From the NCBI RefSeq assembly GCF_003334255.1, contig NZ_QOWU01000007.1: a DNA stretch of 64,000 nucleotides. One strand, written 5' to 3'. This document shows, one piece after another, positions 42,242-52,917 of the stretch. The notes beneath the pieces were generated by a model, which saw nothing but the letters and a program-made list of their open reading frames with translations, made no database searches and was not told where the DNA came from. The position numbers and the translations under genes are program-made. The first letter of the stretch is position 1. The number at the start of each line of letters is the position of its first letter. The DNA comes from Escherichia coli. GTDB taxonomy: Bacteria; Pseudomonadota; Gammaproteobacteria; Enterobacterales; Enterobacteriaceae.

Positions 42242-45200
42242 TTACACCTTTTCCACATTCACAAGGAAGGACTTAAACTCCGGCGTCTGCGTGTTCGCAT
42301 CACCAACGAATGGCGTTAAAGTATTGGCAATAAAGCCTTTTTTAGCTACGCCTTCATAGCCCCAGTGAATCGGAATACCGATGGTATCGATATCTTTGCC
42401 GTTCGCTTTCAGCGTGCGAATACGTTTGGTCACCACCGCTTTGGCTTTGATATAGCCACGGTTGGAGGAGACTTTCACGGTATCGCCCTGGGCAATGCCA
42501 AGTTTATTCGCCAGCGACTCCCCGATTTCCACAAACTGCTCTGGCTGCAAAATCGCGTTCAACAGCGCGTGTTTGGTCCAGTAGTGGAAGTGCTCGGTCA
42601 GACGATAGGTGGTTCCGACATACGGGAACTTATCGGCTTTACCCAATGCTTCGGCGTCGTCTTTAAAGATACGTGCAGCCGGGTTCGAGATAACGTTTGG
42701 ATGCAGCGGGTTAGTTCCCAGCGGCGTTTCAAACGGCTCGTAGTGTTCCGGGAACGGACCTTCCGCCATCTTATCGAGGGCAAACAGACGCCCCATGCCT
42801 TCCTGCTGCATGATAAACGGCCCGACGCCGCTACCCGGAGGCGCTGCGCTGTAGTCCGGAATATCCCAGCCGGTCCACTTAGTGCCGTCCCATTTCAGCA
42901 ACTGACGCTTCGGATCCCACGGGTTACCCTGCGGATCTGCGGAGGCGCGGTTATACAGAATGCGGCGGTTAAGCGGCCATGCCCATGCCCAGCCCAGCGT
43001 GTTACCGAGGCCAGACGGATCGGCGTTATCACGGCGTGCCATCTGGTTGCCTTCCGGCGTCCAGCTACCGGCGAAAATCCAGCAGCCACAGGAGGTTGTA
43101 CCGTCATCGCGCAATTGGGCGAACGAACTAAGTTGTTGGCCTTTCTTGACGATAACCGCACCGGTTGCCGGATCGGTAATATCGGCCAGCGCCTTACCGT
43201 TGCTCTCCATCGCCACTTCTTCTGAAGATGGCTCATGCGGAATGGCGTAGTTCCATGTCATGTTGAGCACCTGGTCCGGGTTCGCGCCACCCTGTTCGGC
43301 ATACATCTTGCGCAAGCGCAGGAAGATACCGGAGAGGATCTCGCCGTCAGTCAGCGCAATCCCCGGGGCGTCCGCACCTTTCCAGTGCCACTGTAACCAG
43401 CGACCTGAGTTAACGATAGAACCGTTCTCTTCCGCGAAGCAGGTCGATGGCAGACGGAACACTTCGGTCTGGATCTTCGACGAGTCAACTTCGTTCAGCT
43501 CACCGTGGTTCTGCCAGAAGTTAGAGGTTTCAGTGTTCAGTGGGTCGATGGTGACGAGGAACTTCAGTTTCGACAGACAACCGATCACTTTGTTTTTGTT
43601 CGGGAATGAGGCAACAGGGTTAAAGCCCTGGCAGATATAGCCATTGACCTTGCCCTCTTTCATCATCTCGAAGTATTGCAGGACGTCGTAGCCTTTATCC
43701 CACTTCGGCAACCAGTCAAAGCCCCAGCTATTTTCCGCCGTCGCTTTATCACCAAAGAAGGCCTTCATCATAGAGACGAAGAATTTCGGGTAGTTGCCCC
43801 AGTAGTTTACCTGGCCTTCCAGCAGCGGTTTTGGCGTGTTGGCGGTAAGGTAGGTTTGCAGATCGGTCTGCTTCTCGCTTGGCAGCGTCATGTAACCTGG
43901 CAGGCTCTGCGACAGCAGCCCCAGGTCCGTCAGCCCCTGAATATTGGAGTGACCGCGCAGGGCGTTAACGCCGCCGCCTGCCATCCCCATATTGCCGAGC
44001 AGCAGCTGGATCATCGCCATCGTACGAATGTTTTGCGCACCAACGGAGTGTTGCGTCCAGCCGAGGGCATACAGGAACGAGGCAGTTTTATCGTGAGCAC
44101 TGGTTTCTGCGATGTATTCGCAGACTTTCAGGAACGCGTCTTTTGGCGTACCACAGATGTTTTCAACCACATCTGGCGTGTAGCGGGAAACGTGCTGTTT
44201 CAGCAAGTTCCACACGCAGCGCGGATGTTGCAGCGTGGTATCGCGTTTGGCGAAGCCGTTTTCGTCCAGTTCATAAGTCCAGGAGGATTTATCGTACTTG
44301 CGTTTTTCCGCGTCGTAGCCGGTGAACAGGCCATCTTCAAAGCCGTAATCCTCACGCACGATCAGGCTGGCGTTGGTATAGGCTTCGGTGTATTCGCGGT
44401 TGAATTTTTCATTGTTCAGCAGGTACAGCAATACGCCTGACAGGAAAGCAATGTCAGTACCGGAACGAATAGGGGCATAGTAGTCAGCTACCGCCGCCGT
44501 ACGCGTAAAGCGAGGATCGATCACAATCAGCTTCGCGCCGTTGTGAATTTTGGCTTCCATCGCCCAGCGGAACCCGACCGGGTGAGCTTCAGCGGCATTA
44601 CCGCCCATCACCACGACGAGGTTGGCGTTCTTGATGTCGACCCAGTGGTTGGTCATCGCACCGCGACCAAATGTTGGAGCAAGACTTGCTACCGTTGGTC
44701 CGTGTCAGACACGCGCCTGGTTGTCGACCGCGAGCATACCCAGCGCGCGGGAGAATTTTTGCGTTAAATAGCCGGTTTCGTTACTCGACGCGGAAGCACA
44801 CAGCATCCCGGTGGAGAGCCAGCGGTTAACAGTCACGCCTTCGGCGTTTTGCGCAATGTAGTTAGCATCGCGGTCTTCTTTCATCAGTTTGGCGATGCGA
44901 TCAAACGCCTCTTCCCAACTGATTTGCTGCCATTTATCAGAACCTGGCGCACGGTATTCCGGAAACTTCAGACGGCTTTCGGAGTGGATGAAATCCACCA
45001 GGCCAGCGCCTTTCGGACAAAGTGCACCGCGGTTGACCGGGTGATCCGGATCGCCTTCGATATGGAAGATAGATGCTTTGGCGTTTTTTGCTCCGTCACC
45101 GAGGCTGTACATCAACAGCCCACAGCCTACGGAACAATAGGTGCAGGTATTACGGGTTTCGCGGGTGCGCAGCAGTTTATACTGCCGGGTTTCCGCGAGT

Positions 45201-45292
45201 GCTACGCTGGGTGCAAAACCCAGTGCCGCTGCCGTGGTGCCTGCCATACCGCCAGCGCAGATCTTAAAGAACTGCCTTCTGCTGACCTGCAT
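42242..45292 (-). CDS. fdoG: Formate dehydrogenase-O catalytic subunit; selenoprotein with an in-frame UGA (Sec) at 44705-44707 and a Tat signal peptide
   Basis: Track ORFs 44705-45292 and 42242-44656 are in frame across one TGA (...DNQARV-U-HGPTVASLAPTFGRGAMTNHW...), 1016 codons in total. N-terminal twin-arginine motif (SRRQFFKICAGG). Confidence 0.95.
44655..44707 (-). other. Selenocysteine UGA codon plus downstream SECIS-like region of fdoG
   Basis: UGA followed by CACGGACCAACGGUAGCAAGUCUUGCUCC..., analogous in position to the fdhF-type bacterial SECIS directly 3' of the UGA. Confidence 0.65.
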
Positions 45293-45485
45293 GGATTGCT
45301 CCTTGTTTCGACATTGTCACGTCCCATTTACATTCGCTTGCTGCGTGTGCAGGGAGTGGGAGTTATTTTTCTTTGCGGAAGGGGCCGCAAAGGTCCAGAA
45401 TTGGCTCAATTTCCCTCCATCCAGGAAGGGTTTGTAACAGAATACCATAATGTTGGTGTGTGTGTTCTTATCTGGTTAAGAGAAA

Positions 45486-46319
45486 GTGAAAAAAACACAG
45501 CGAAAAGAAATCGAAAATGTGACAAATATCACAGGTGTTCGTCAAATTGAGTTATGGCGGCGTGATGATTTACAACACCCACGGTTAGATGAGGTCGCGG
45601 AAGAAGTTCCCGTTGCGCTGGTCTACAACGGCATTTCGCATGTGGTGATGATGGCGTCGCCCAAAGACCTTGAGTACTTTGCGCTCGGTTTTTCGCTTTC
45701 CGAGGGGATTATCGAAAGTCCGCGCGATATCTTCGGCATGGATGTCGTTCCTTCCTGTAATGGTCTTGAAGTACAAATTGAGCTTTCCAGCCGCCGCTTT
45801 ATGGGGTTGAAGGAGCGCCGCCGGGCGCTGGCGGGACGTACGGGCTGTGGCGTATGCGGCGTGGAGCAACTTAATGACATCGGAAAACCGGTGCAGCCGC
45901 TACCGTTCACCCAGACGTTTGATCTCAACAAACTGGATGATGCATTACGTCATCTCAACGATTTTCAGCCAGTGGGGCAACTGACTGGTTGTACTCACGC
46001 CGCTGCCTGGATGTTGCCATCTGGCGAACTGGTCGGCGGGCATGAAGACGTGGGTCGCCATGTGGCGCTGGACAAACTGTTAGGCCGCCGGTCACAAGAA
46101 GGGGAAAGCTGGCAGCAAGGTGCGGTACTGGTTTCCAGTCGTGCCAGTTATGAAATGGTGCAAAAGTCGGCGATGTGCGGCGTAGAGATTTTGTTTGCGG
46201 TGTCTGCCGCGACCACGCTTGCTGTAGAAGTGGCTGAGCGCTGTAATCTGACACTGGTAGGTTTTTGTAAACCGGGTCGGGCAACGGTTTATACCCATCC
46301 GCAGCGTTTGAGCAATTAA
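45486..46319 (+). CDS. fdhD: Formate dehydrogenase sulfurtransferase/accessory protein FdhD
   Basis: 277-aa ORF, divergent from fdoGHI. Confidence 0.95.
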
Positions 46320-46471
46320 TTAAAATAAGTCCTGCGAAATATATTAAATTGCAGGACTTATTCATTTCGTGAATTTTATTATTTTATTTATAAACAAAAT
46401 GCGTGTAGTGGCGTTTTCTTTTTTCATTTATTATGTTCACTCTCTTATCTATATATTTATAAGGCAATTAA

Positions 46472-47527
46472 ATGAAAAGGAATTTATTATCTTCCGCTAT
46501 TATAGTCGCCATCATGTCCCTCGGTCTGACGGGTTGTGATGATAAAAAAGCCGAAACAGAAACGCTCCCGCCTGCCAATAGTCAACCTGCCGCACCAGCT
46601 CCTGAAGCGAAACCTACTGAAGCTCCCGTTGCAAAAGCAGAAGCTAAACCTGAAACACCTGCGCAACCGGTGGTCGATGAACAAGCGGTTTTCGACGAAA
46701 AAATGGATGTCTATATCAAGTGCTACAACAAGTTACAGATCCCGGTACAGCGCAGTCTGGCGCGTTATGCTGACTGGCTGAAAGATTTTAAACAGGGGCC
46801 TACCGGTGAAGAGCGTACTGTTTATGGCATCTACGGCATTAGTGAATCCAACCTCGCTGAGTGTGAAAAAGGCGTAAAAAGTGCTGTGGCGTTAACGCCT
46901 GCGCTGCAACCAATTGATGGCGTGGCGGTGAGTTATATCGATGCTGCCGTGGCGTTGGGTAATACCATTAACGAAATGGATAAATATTACACCCAGGAAA
47001 ATTATAAAGACGATGCGTTTGCGAAAGGGAAAACGCTGCACCAGACATTCTTAAAAAATCTGGAAGCCTTTGAACCTGTAGCCGAATCTTATCATGCGGC
47101 GATTCAGGAAATTAATGATAAGCGTCAGCTTGCGGAATTGAAAAATATTGAAGAAAGAGAAGGGAAAACATTCCACTACTACTCTCTGGCAGTCATGATT
47201 TCAGCGAAACAAATTAATAACCTGATATCGCAAGATAAGTTTGATGCAGAAGCGGCAATGAAGAAAGTGTCTGAACTGGAAACGCTAGTGGCGCAGGCCA
47301 AAGAAGCGGATAAAGGCGGCATGAATTTCTCGTTTATTAATTCGGCAGGCCAGTATCAACTCGAGGCTAAAAAATACGTTCGCCGCATCAGAGATAAAGT
47401 CCCGTACTCTGACTGGGATAAAGAGCAACTTCAGGACGCAAACTCAAGCTGGATGGTCGAAGACTCTTTCCCGAGAGCATTACGCGAGTACAACGAAATG
47501 GTTGATGACTATAATAGCCTGCGTTAA
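46472..47527 (+). CDS. yiiG: DUF3829-family lipoprotein YiiG
   Basis: 351-aa ORF with a signal peptide and lipobox (LGLTGC), then a Pro/Ala-rich linker. Confidence 0.85.
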   Translation: MKRNLLSSAIIVAIMSLGLTGCDDKKAETETLPPANSQPAAPAPEAKPTEAPVAKAEAKPETPAQPVVDEQAVFDEKMDVYIKCYNKLQIPVQRSLARYADWLKDFKQGPTGEERTVYGIYGISESNLAECEKGVKSAVALTPALQPIDGVAVSYIDAAVALGNTINEMDKYYTQENYKDDAFAKGKTLHQTFLKNLEAFEPVAESYHAAIQEINDKRQLAELKNIEEREGKTFHYYSLAVMISAKQINNLISQDKFDAEAAMKKVSELETLVAQAKEADKGGMNFSFINSAGQYQLEAKKYVRRIRDKVPYSDWDKEQLQDANSSWMVEDSFPRALREYNEMVDDYNSLR

Positions 47528-47545
47528 ACGTTTTTGATGATAAAT

Positions 47546-47575
47546 GCAGTGTCGGATGCGGCGCATCCGACACAG
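47546..47575. repeat. REP-like palindromic hairpin between convergent yiiG and frvR
   Basis: GCAGTGTCGGATGCGGCGCATCCGACACAG. Confidence 0.7.
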
Positions 47576-47576
47576 T

Positions 47577-49325
47577 TCACCCCTTGTGAAGTAACTCCAT
47601 AAATGCCTCATATCCTGTTAACCCGGCAATAATCTCCGCCGGATGCTGACACAATATGCTTGCCAGATAGCTAAATATTTTTAGCTCATGACGCGCATCG
47701 GCGGCGGCGCAGGCGATCAAGACATGGTTAATGACTTCGTTATTCACCTCAACTGGTTGGGCGAGGGTAATAAAAAATCCACGAAAACGTCGCTCCTGTT
47801 CGCTCCAGCAATGTGGGATGGCGAGGCGATTAACAATCAGGTTTTCACCTTCGCCTTCGCGGGCGATGATGCGTTGTGCTTCATCGGCGGTAATATGGTG
47901 TTGTGCGACTAATTGCGCACAAATTTGCCGGGTAATATGTTGCCAGCTTTCACCGCGTACATTCGAATAATGAAAACTTCCGGGGGCAGAGAAAAAACGC
48001 TCCGGCTGTTGGCGAATAAATGCCGTCGCCAGAAAATGTTTTATTTGTTCGATACCGGCAGCCGTAATGATATTTTTTACGGTGATGTAATTATTTACCG
48101 CGTCATCCAGTAAATAATGGCTGTTGTTAATGATCAATAACGGCTCAATCTCTTCGCGAATGGCAACAAGTTCGCTTAAGCTACGGGCAATAATTACCCG
48201 ACAATTTAAAACATCGCGCTCAATGGCGAGCTGATTAATAGTGGCAATCGCGTTCTGGTCCGAGAGCAAAATGATCGGCTGGCGTTCGTTTTGATGCCGC
48301 TCCAGCGCACAGGCAAAATACAAACCGATCAGATCGCTGTCGAAAAGGGGAATATCGAGCTGTTCACGCAGTAGCGTAATAAAGTGCAGACTCATATCAA
48401 AGGCCGCAGGCCAGGCGGCTTTCAGGTTATTCATGCTGCTCTGGCGGTGCTCAGCAATCCACACTGGTGCGGCAAGGCAACGTAATAAATGCCCGGTAAT
48501 ATTCTCAACCAGCTGCGCATCAATAATATTCAATGACGCGATGCCCGGCACCCTTTGCAGCAACCCCTGCACATTATCGGCTGAAATTACCTGCGCTTGC
48601 TGATGCTGTTTCTCTATCAAACCCGTCAGGGTTCTTACAGCGTTATCACCAAGAAACAGACCGCTATGTTCAACGATTTGTTTTATCTCGTCACCGGGAT
48701 ATTGCGGCCACTCATCGGTCAGTTGATTACGCAGGGCGTAAATCGCCAGAATCAGGCTGGAGAGATAATCACCCTGCATGAGCGGCCAGCGGTGTTGGTT
48801 GTCGCAGGCCGTGGATAAATGCTGAAGGTTGTCTCGTGTTATGCCCGCCAGCGGAATTAAAAACGGATCTTTGCGCAGCAAGTTCGCCAGCAAGATAACG
48901 CGTTTCTCTTCTGTCTCATCAATGAAATGGCCCAAACCAGGGCGGCTGGCCAGGCAACAAGTGCGTTCATAACGCTGTTTTAACCGGGGCAGACGCTCTG
49001 CTACCCACGTTTCTGGCAAATTAAGCGCCGAGGCGAGTTGCGCACGGGGAGTGAAAGTATTCAGTAATAACAGCGCCAGCAGCCGATCGTCGTTATCGTG
49101 CTTTTGCAGCAACTGAAAAAAGCTGCGGCGCTCGAAGATTTCCAGCTGATAGCCCGCACTACCACTGGCGAAAATGCGGGCTTTGCCGTTAAGGGTGAAG
49201 TTGAGATAGTCAATATCACGCAGGATGGTCCTGCCTGAAACGCCAGTCTGTTGCGCCAGCTCGCCAGGCGTGCGCGGCTGTTGCTCCAGCAGATCGACAA
49301 TCTTTAACTGGCGTTCGTTTAGCAT
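47577..49325 (-). CDS. frvR: Transcriptional regulator of the frv operon (HTH plus PRD/PTS-regulatory domains)
   Basis: 582-aa ORF with an N-terminal HTH (LAQQTGVSGRTILRDIDYL). Confidence 0.88.
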   Translation of the reverse strand: MLNERQLKIVDLLEQQPRTPGELAQQTGVSGRTILRDIDYLNFTLNGKARIFASGSAGYQLEIFERRSFFQLLQKHDNDDRLLALLLLNTFTPRAQLASALNLPETWVAERLPRLKQRYERTCCLASRPGLGHFIDETEEKRVILLANLLRKDPFLIPLAGITRDNLQHLSTACDNQHRWPLMQGDYLSSLILAIYALRNQLTDEWPQYPGDEIKQIVEHSGLFLGDNAVRTLTGLIEKQHQQAQVISADNVQGLLQRVPGIASLNIIDAQLVENITGHLLRCLAAPVWIAEHRQSSMNNLKAAWPAAFDMSLHFITLLREQLDIPLFDSDLIGLYFACALERHQNERQPIILLSDQNAIATINQLAIERDVLNCRVIIARSLSELVAIREEIEPLLIINNSHYLLDDAVNNYITVKNIITAAGIEQIKHFLATAFIRQQPERFFSAPGSFHYSNVRGESWQHITRQICAQLVAQHHITADEAQRIIAREGEGENLIVNRLAIPHCWSEQERRFRGFFITLAQPVEVNNEVINHVLIACAAADARHELKIFSYLASILCQHPAEIIAGLTGYEAFMELLHKG

Positions 49326-50395
49326 TAATCCACCTGACGGAACTGGCTAAACGCGTTGACTTTCTCCGCAGTTAAGGTCGTCAGAAAACCCCGTATCAGC
49401 GTGAGCAGAGCTTCGTAATCGGCTTTTGAAATCATACCGCTGTTGGCGTGCAGATAACGAGTTGGCAGACACAGCGCGACAACCGGACGCCCGCCGCCCA
49501 TCACGTTGTAGCGCCCGCCATCCGTCGCACCGGTTTTCATGGTGGAAAATTGCAGCGGTAAATCGTTATGTGCGGCACAGCTTTTTAACGCTGCTACCAG
49601 TTTCTGGTTGGGGAAGTAGCGCTTGTCAAACAGCATCAGCCCCGGCCCCTGGCCCAGTTTCAGCGGGTATTTAATGTTATCAATGCCCGGAACATCGCCC
49701 GCTACGGCGGTATCCAACACGATCACGACGTCCGGTTTAATGTGTTCCGCCGAGGTTTGCGCCCCGCGTAGCCCAACTTCTTCTTCCACACTGCCAACGC
49801 CATACAGCGTAATTTCGGGATTATTCACCGTCTGCAATAGTTCAGCCATCATTGCGCAGCCGATGCGGTTATCCAACGCCTTGCCGACCACTTTATCTTC
49901 GCCCCAGCAGGCAAAATTGGCTTCCGGGCTAATAAAATTACCAATTTCCACGCCGCGCTTTTCCACCTCTTCGCGACTGTTCGCGCCAATATCAATGAAC
50001 ATCTCATCAAATGACAGCGGTTGTTGCTTTTGCTTTTCCGTTAACGCATGAGGCGCGACGGAACCAATCACACCAGGGATTTTCACTCCCTTGTGTGTGC
50101 GTATGGTTACCCGGTGGTTGAGCATCGACTGATTCCACCAGCCGCCAATGGTGGTAAAACGCAGAAAACCGCTCTCGTCGATGTGGGTGACCATAAAGCC
50201 GACTTCATCCATATGTCCGACAACGGCAACTTTTGGACCTTTATTCCCCTTACGGGCAACAAAGCTGCCCAGACCATCGAAGGTGATTTCATTCACGCAA
50301 GGTTCCAGCGTGTTTATCAGAATGTCGCGAACTTCCTGTTCATCGCCGCTGACGGCGCTGGCTTCGCACAACTGTTGCAGTAACTCAATGTTCAT
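49325..50395 (-). CDS. frvX: M42-family metallo-aminopeptidase-like protein FrvX
   Basis: Track ORF trimmed to MNIELLQQL (356 aa) with M42 metal-ligand motifs (HMDEVGF, VGSVEEEVGLRGA). Confidence 0.88.
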   Translation of the reverse strand: MNIELLQQLCEASAVSGDEQEVRDILINTLEPCVNEITFDGLGSFVARKGNKGPKVAVVGHMDEVGFMVTHIDESGFLRFTTIGGWWNQSMLNHRVTIRTHKGVKIPGVIGSVAPHALTEKQKQQPLSFDEMFIDIGANSREEVEKRGVEIGNFISPEANFACWGEDKVVGKALDNRIGCAMMAELLQTVNNPEITLYGVGSVEEEVGLRGAQTSAEHIKPDVVIVLDTAVAGDVPGIDNIKYPLKLGQGPGLMLFDKRYFPNQKLVAALKSCAAHNDLPLQFSTMKTGATDGGRYNVMGGGRPVVALCLPTRYLHANSGMISKADYEALLTLIRGFLTTLTAEKVNAFSQFRQVD

Positions 50396-51836
50396 GGACA
50401 AGCTCCTGTTGCGCGGCTTTCGCTTTGCGGCGTAACCACAATCCTTTCAGGACGATAATGAATGAAATGTTCAGCGCGAGGCCAATCGCCAGCACCAGAT
50501 AAAACGAACCCACCGGCGACATCAGGCCGATCAGCGGGTCAAAGATACCCAAACCAGGTGCCAGACGTTTGATTCCGAAAGCGATCACCAGCACGCCGGT
50601 AATGCCGCCCGCCAGCGTATTGGCGGTAATCATCGGCAACGGAGCTGCCAGAGCGTAAGGAATAGCCGGTTCGGTTGCGACTGTGGCACCGACCACAATG
50701 GCACTACTGGCAGCCTCTTTTTCCTGTCGGGTAAACAGTTTGGGCGCAATGAACGTCGCAAGACCCGCCGCGACGGGCGGCATCAGCGCGACAACGCCGA
50801 CGATGGCGTACCAGTCATAAATGTGTTTTTCCAGCAGTGAGAAGCAGAAGAACCAGGCGGTTTTATTGATGGGGCCGCCCATATCGAACGCCAGCATCGC
50901 ACCGACCAGAAACGCTGCCGCAAACTTCATTGATGGAGGAATGGTATTCAGGAAGTGGAGCAGCCCGCCCATGAGGTCGGACATCACCGGCCCGATAACG
51001 TAGTAAGTGAGCACGCCGAAAACCAGCAGAGTAACGAACGGGATCAGCATTGAACCGAGCAGCGGTTGTAATGCTTTGCCAAGGCGCACTTTGCGGAACC
51101 AGAAGACGAAATAGCCAATCGCCAGCCCCAGCACCACCGCGCCGAGGAATCCCGCACCCGACTGGGTGCCGAGCAGCGCTTTGTCGTTCGCCAGATAGCA
51201 AACCAGAAACGCCGGAGCGAAAGCCGGTTTATCGGCAATCGACGAGGCAATATAAGCGCCCATGATGGGGATCATAAAGGTGAAGCCAAGGTAACCGATG
51301 GATTCAACTACCCAGGTAAACGACGGCGCGCCTTTCGACATATCGGTATACGGCAAACCGAACTGCACCAGCATGTTGGCAAGCGCCACCAGGATACCAC
51401 CGCCGATGACAAACGGCAGCGCCGCAGAGACGCCCGCCATCAGGTGGCTCATCACGCTACCGCTTTGCACTTCCTGTTTGCCAAGCTTCACGCCGCTATC
51501 TGCGGCAAAAAGCTGCGAGTTTGTCGGTAATTCGCTGAAAATCTGGTCGATATTTTTCAACGCCTGGGAGATGGCAATCTCATAAACTTTCTTCCCGGCA
51601 AACCGCGCGCGATCATCACCGCTCAGGCCACGCCCGGTAGCGAGAATGACGTAATCGGCAGCGGCAATCTCTTCGCTGGATAAGCGGTTTTCAACGCCAC
51701 TGGACCCTTGAGTTTCCACTTTTATGGTATGACCGAGAGAACGGGCTTTCTGTTCCAGGGCTTCCGCCACCATGTAGGTGTGAGCGATCCCGGCGGGGCA
51801 GTTGGTGATCGCGACAATACGTAAGGATGACTCCAT
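50385..51836 (-). CDS. frvB: PTS fructose-like EIIBC component
   Basis: Track ORF trimmed to MESSLRIVAITNCPAGIAHT (483 aa). EIIB cysteine motif followed by a polytopic EIIC domain. Confidence 0.9.
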   Translation of the reverse strand: MESSLRIVAITNCPAGIAHTYMVAEALEQKARSLGHTIKVETQGSSGVENRLSSEEIAAADYVILATGRGLSGDDRARFAGKKVYEIAISQALKNIDQIFSELPTNSQLFAADSGVKLGKQEVQSGSVMSHLMAGVSAALPFVIGGGILVALANMLVQFGLPYTDMSKGAPSFTWVVESIGYLGFTFMIPIMGAYIASSIADKPAFAPAFLVCYLANDKALLGTQSGAGFLGAVVLGLAIGYFVFWFRKVRLGKALQPLLGSMLIPFVTLLVFGVLTYYVIGPVMSDLMGGLLHFLNTIPPSMKFAAAFLVGAMLAFDMGGPINKTAWFFCFSLLEKHIYDWYAIVGVVALMPPVAAGLATFIAPKLFTRQEKEAASSAIVVGATVATEPAIPYALAAPLPMITANTLAGGITGVLVIAFGIKRLAPGLGIFDPLIGLMSPVGSFYLVLAIGLALNISFIIVLKGLWLRRKAKAAQQELVHEH

Positions 51837-51846
51837 CGCCACTTCC

Positions 51847-52293
51847 TTATGAGCTGAGGGTTTGATTTAACAAGGCAAGCACCTGGTCGGTATCGCCCTG
51901 TTGCAGTTGATGAATAAATTCCTTGTGAATAATTTTGCGACACAGTGTGCCGATGATTTTGACCTGATCCTCTTCGCCGCTTTGCGGCACGCCGAGGCAG
52001 ATCCAGCAATTGACGTCTTCGCCATCGCTGGCTTTCCAGTCAATAGCCTGCGCTTTGCGGGCGAATAATACGAACGGTTGTTTAACGCAGGCGCTTTTAC
52101 CGTGCGGCACGGCGACACCGGAACCAAATCCAGTAGAGTGCATTTTTTCGCGCAGCAGCAGGGTTTGCAGGAACTGGTGTGAGTCGGTGATAAAACCGTT
52201 TTGTAACGCTATTGTCGCCAACTGCTTCAGAACGGAATAAGCGCCATTGCCCTGAATATTCAGGTCAATACAGCTTGCAGTAAGAGCTGCCAT
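51847..52293 (-). CDS. frvA: PTS fructose-like EIIA component
   Basis: 148-aa ORF. Confidence 0.9.
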   Translation of the reverse strand: MAALTASCIDLNIQGNGAYSVLKQLATIALQNGFITDSHQFLQTLLLREKMHSTGFGSGVAVPHGKSACVKQPFVLFARKAQAIDWKASDGEDVNCWICLGVPQSGEEDQVKIIGTLCRKIIHKEFIHQLQQGDTDQVLALLNQTLSS

Positions 52294-52593
52294 TAATCGG
52301 ACTCCATAAAATATATTTTAATCAATTGTAATGGTGGAGCGATTAAGTGATGAGAGGCGATATGTCGGTAAACAATGACAATTTGAGACAGAGTGAAAGG
52401 TCAGATTTGCGGAGTAATGCACATAATGGTTATTTAAATAAACCACATGAATCATTAATGGGTTATTCATTATTTTTGTGATTTACTCACAATGTATCAG
52501 GGAAATATAACTTACCGGGAGATGTAATATGTTTAATTTTTCAAATCGAAATTTAAAATATTGTGCCGGAGGCATCTCTGGCACATTGGGCAA

Positions 52594-52908
52594 TTACGGC
52601 AGGTAAAACACTTCTTGCAGCTCGCTACTCACCGGGCTGTTATCCGGGTTAGCGGGCATAACATCGGTCATATATTTCCACCAACGTTGGCAAACATCAG
52701 TGCTGGCAACCGCATTCCAGCGTTCTTCAGATTCAATCTCTACCATGGCAAACAGCAGATTACGCGCTTTGTCGAGATAGATGGCGTAGTTATGCGCACC
52801 GTGAGATTTCAGCACTGCTTCCAGTTCTGGCCAGATGGGATTATGCCGACGCTGATACTCTTCGTGGGCGTCGGGGTTTACCTGCATGACAAAGGCTTTG
52901 CGGATCAT
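52594..52908 (-). CDS. rhaM: L-rhamnose mutarotase
   Basis: 104-aa ORF ([30 protein letters not shown]...). Confidence 0.93.
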
Positions 52909-52917
52909 GTTTGCTCC

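Noticed and set aside
42365-45550. Several 230-290-aa forward-strand ORFs across fdoG
   Set aside because: All are antisense to the selenoprotein fdoG, whose sense translation carries unmistakable molybdopterin-oxidoreductase motifs. Rejected as shadow ORFs. Similar antisense ORFs across polA, hemN, yihQ, yihS, fdhE, fdoH, rhaA, sodA and kdgT were rejected for the same reason.
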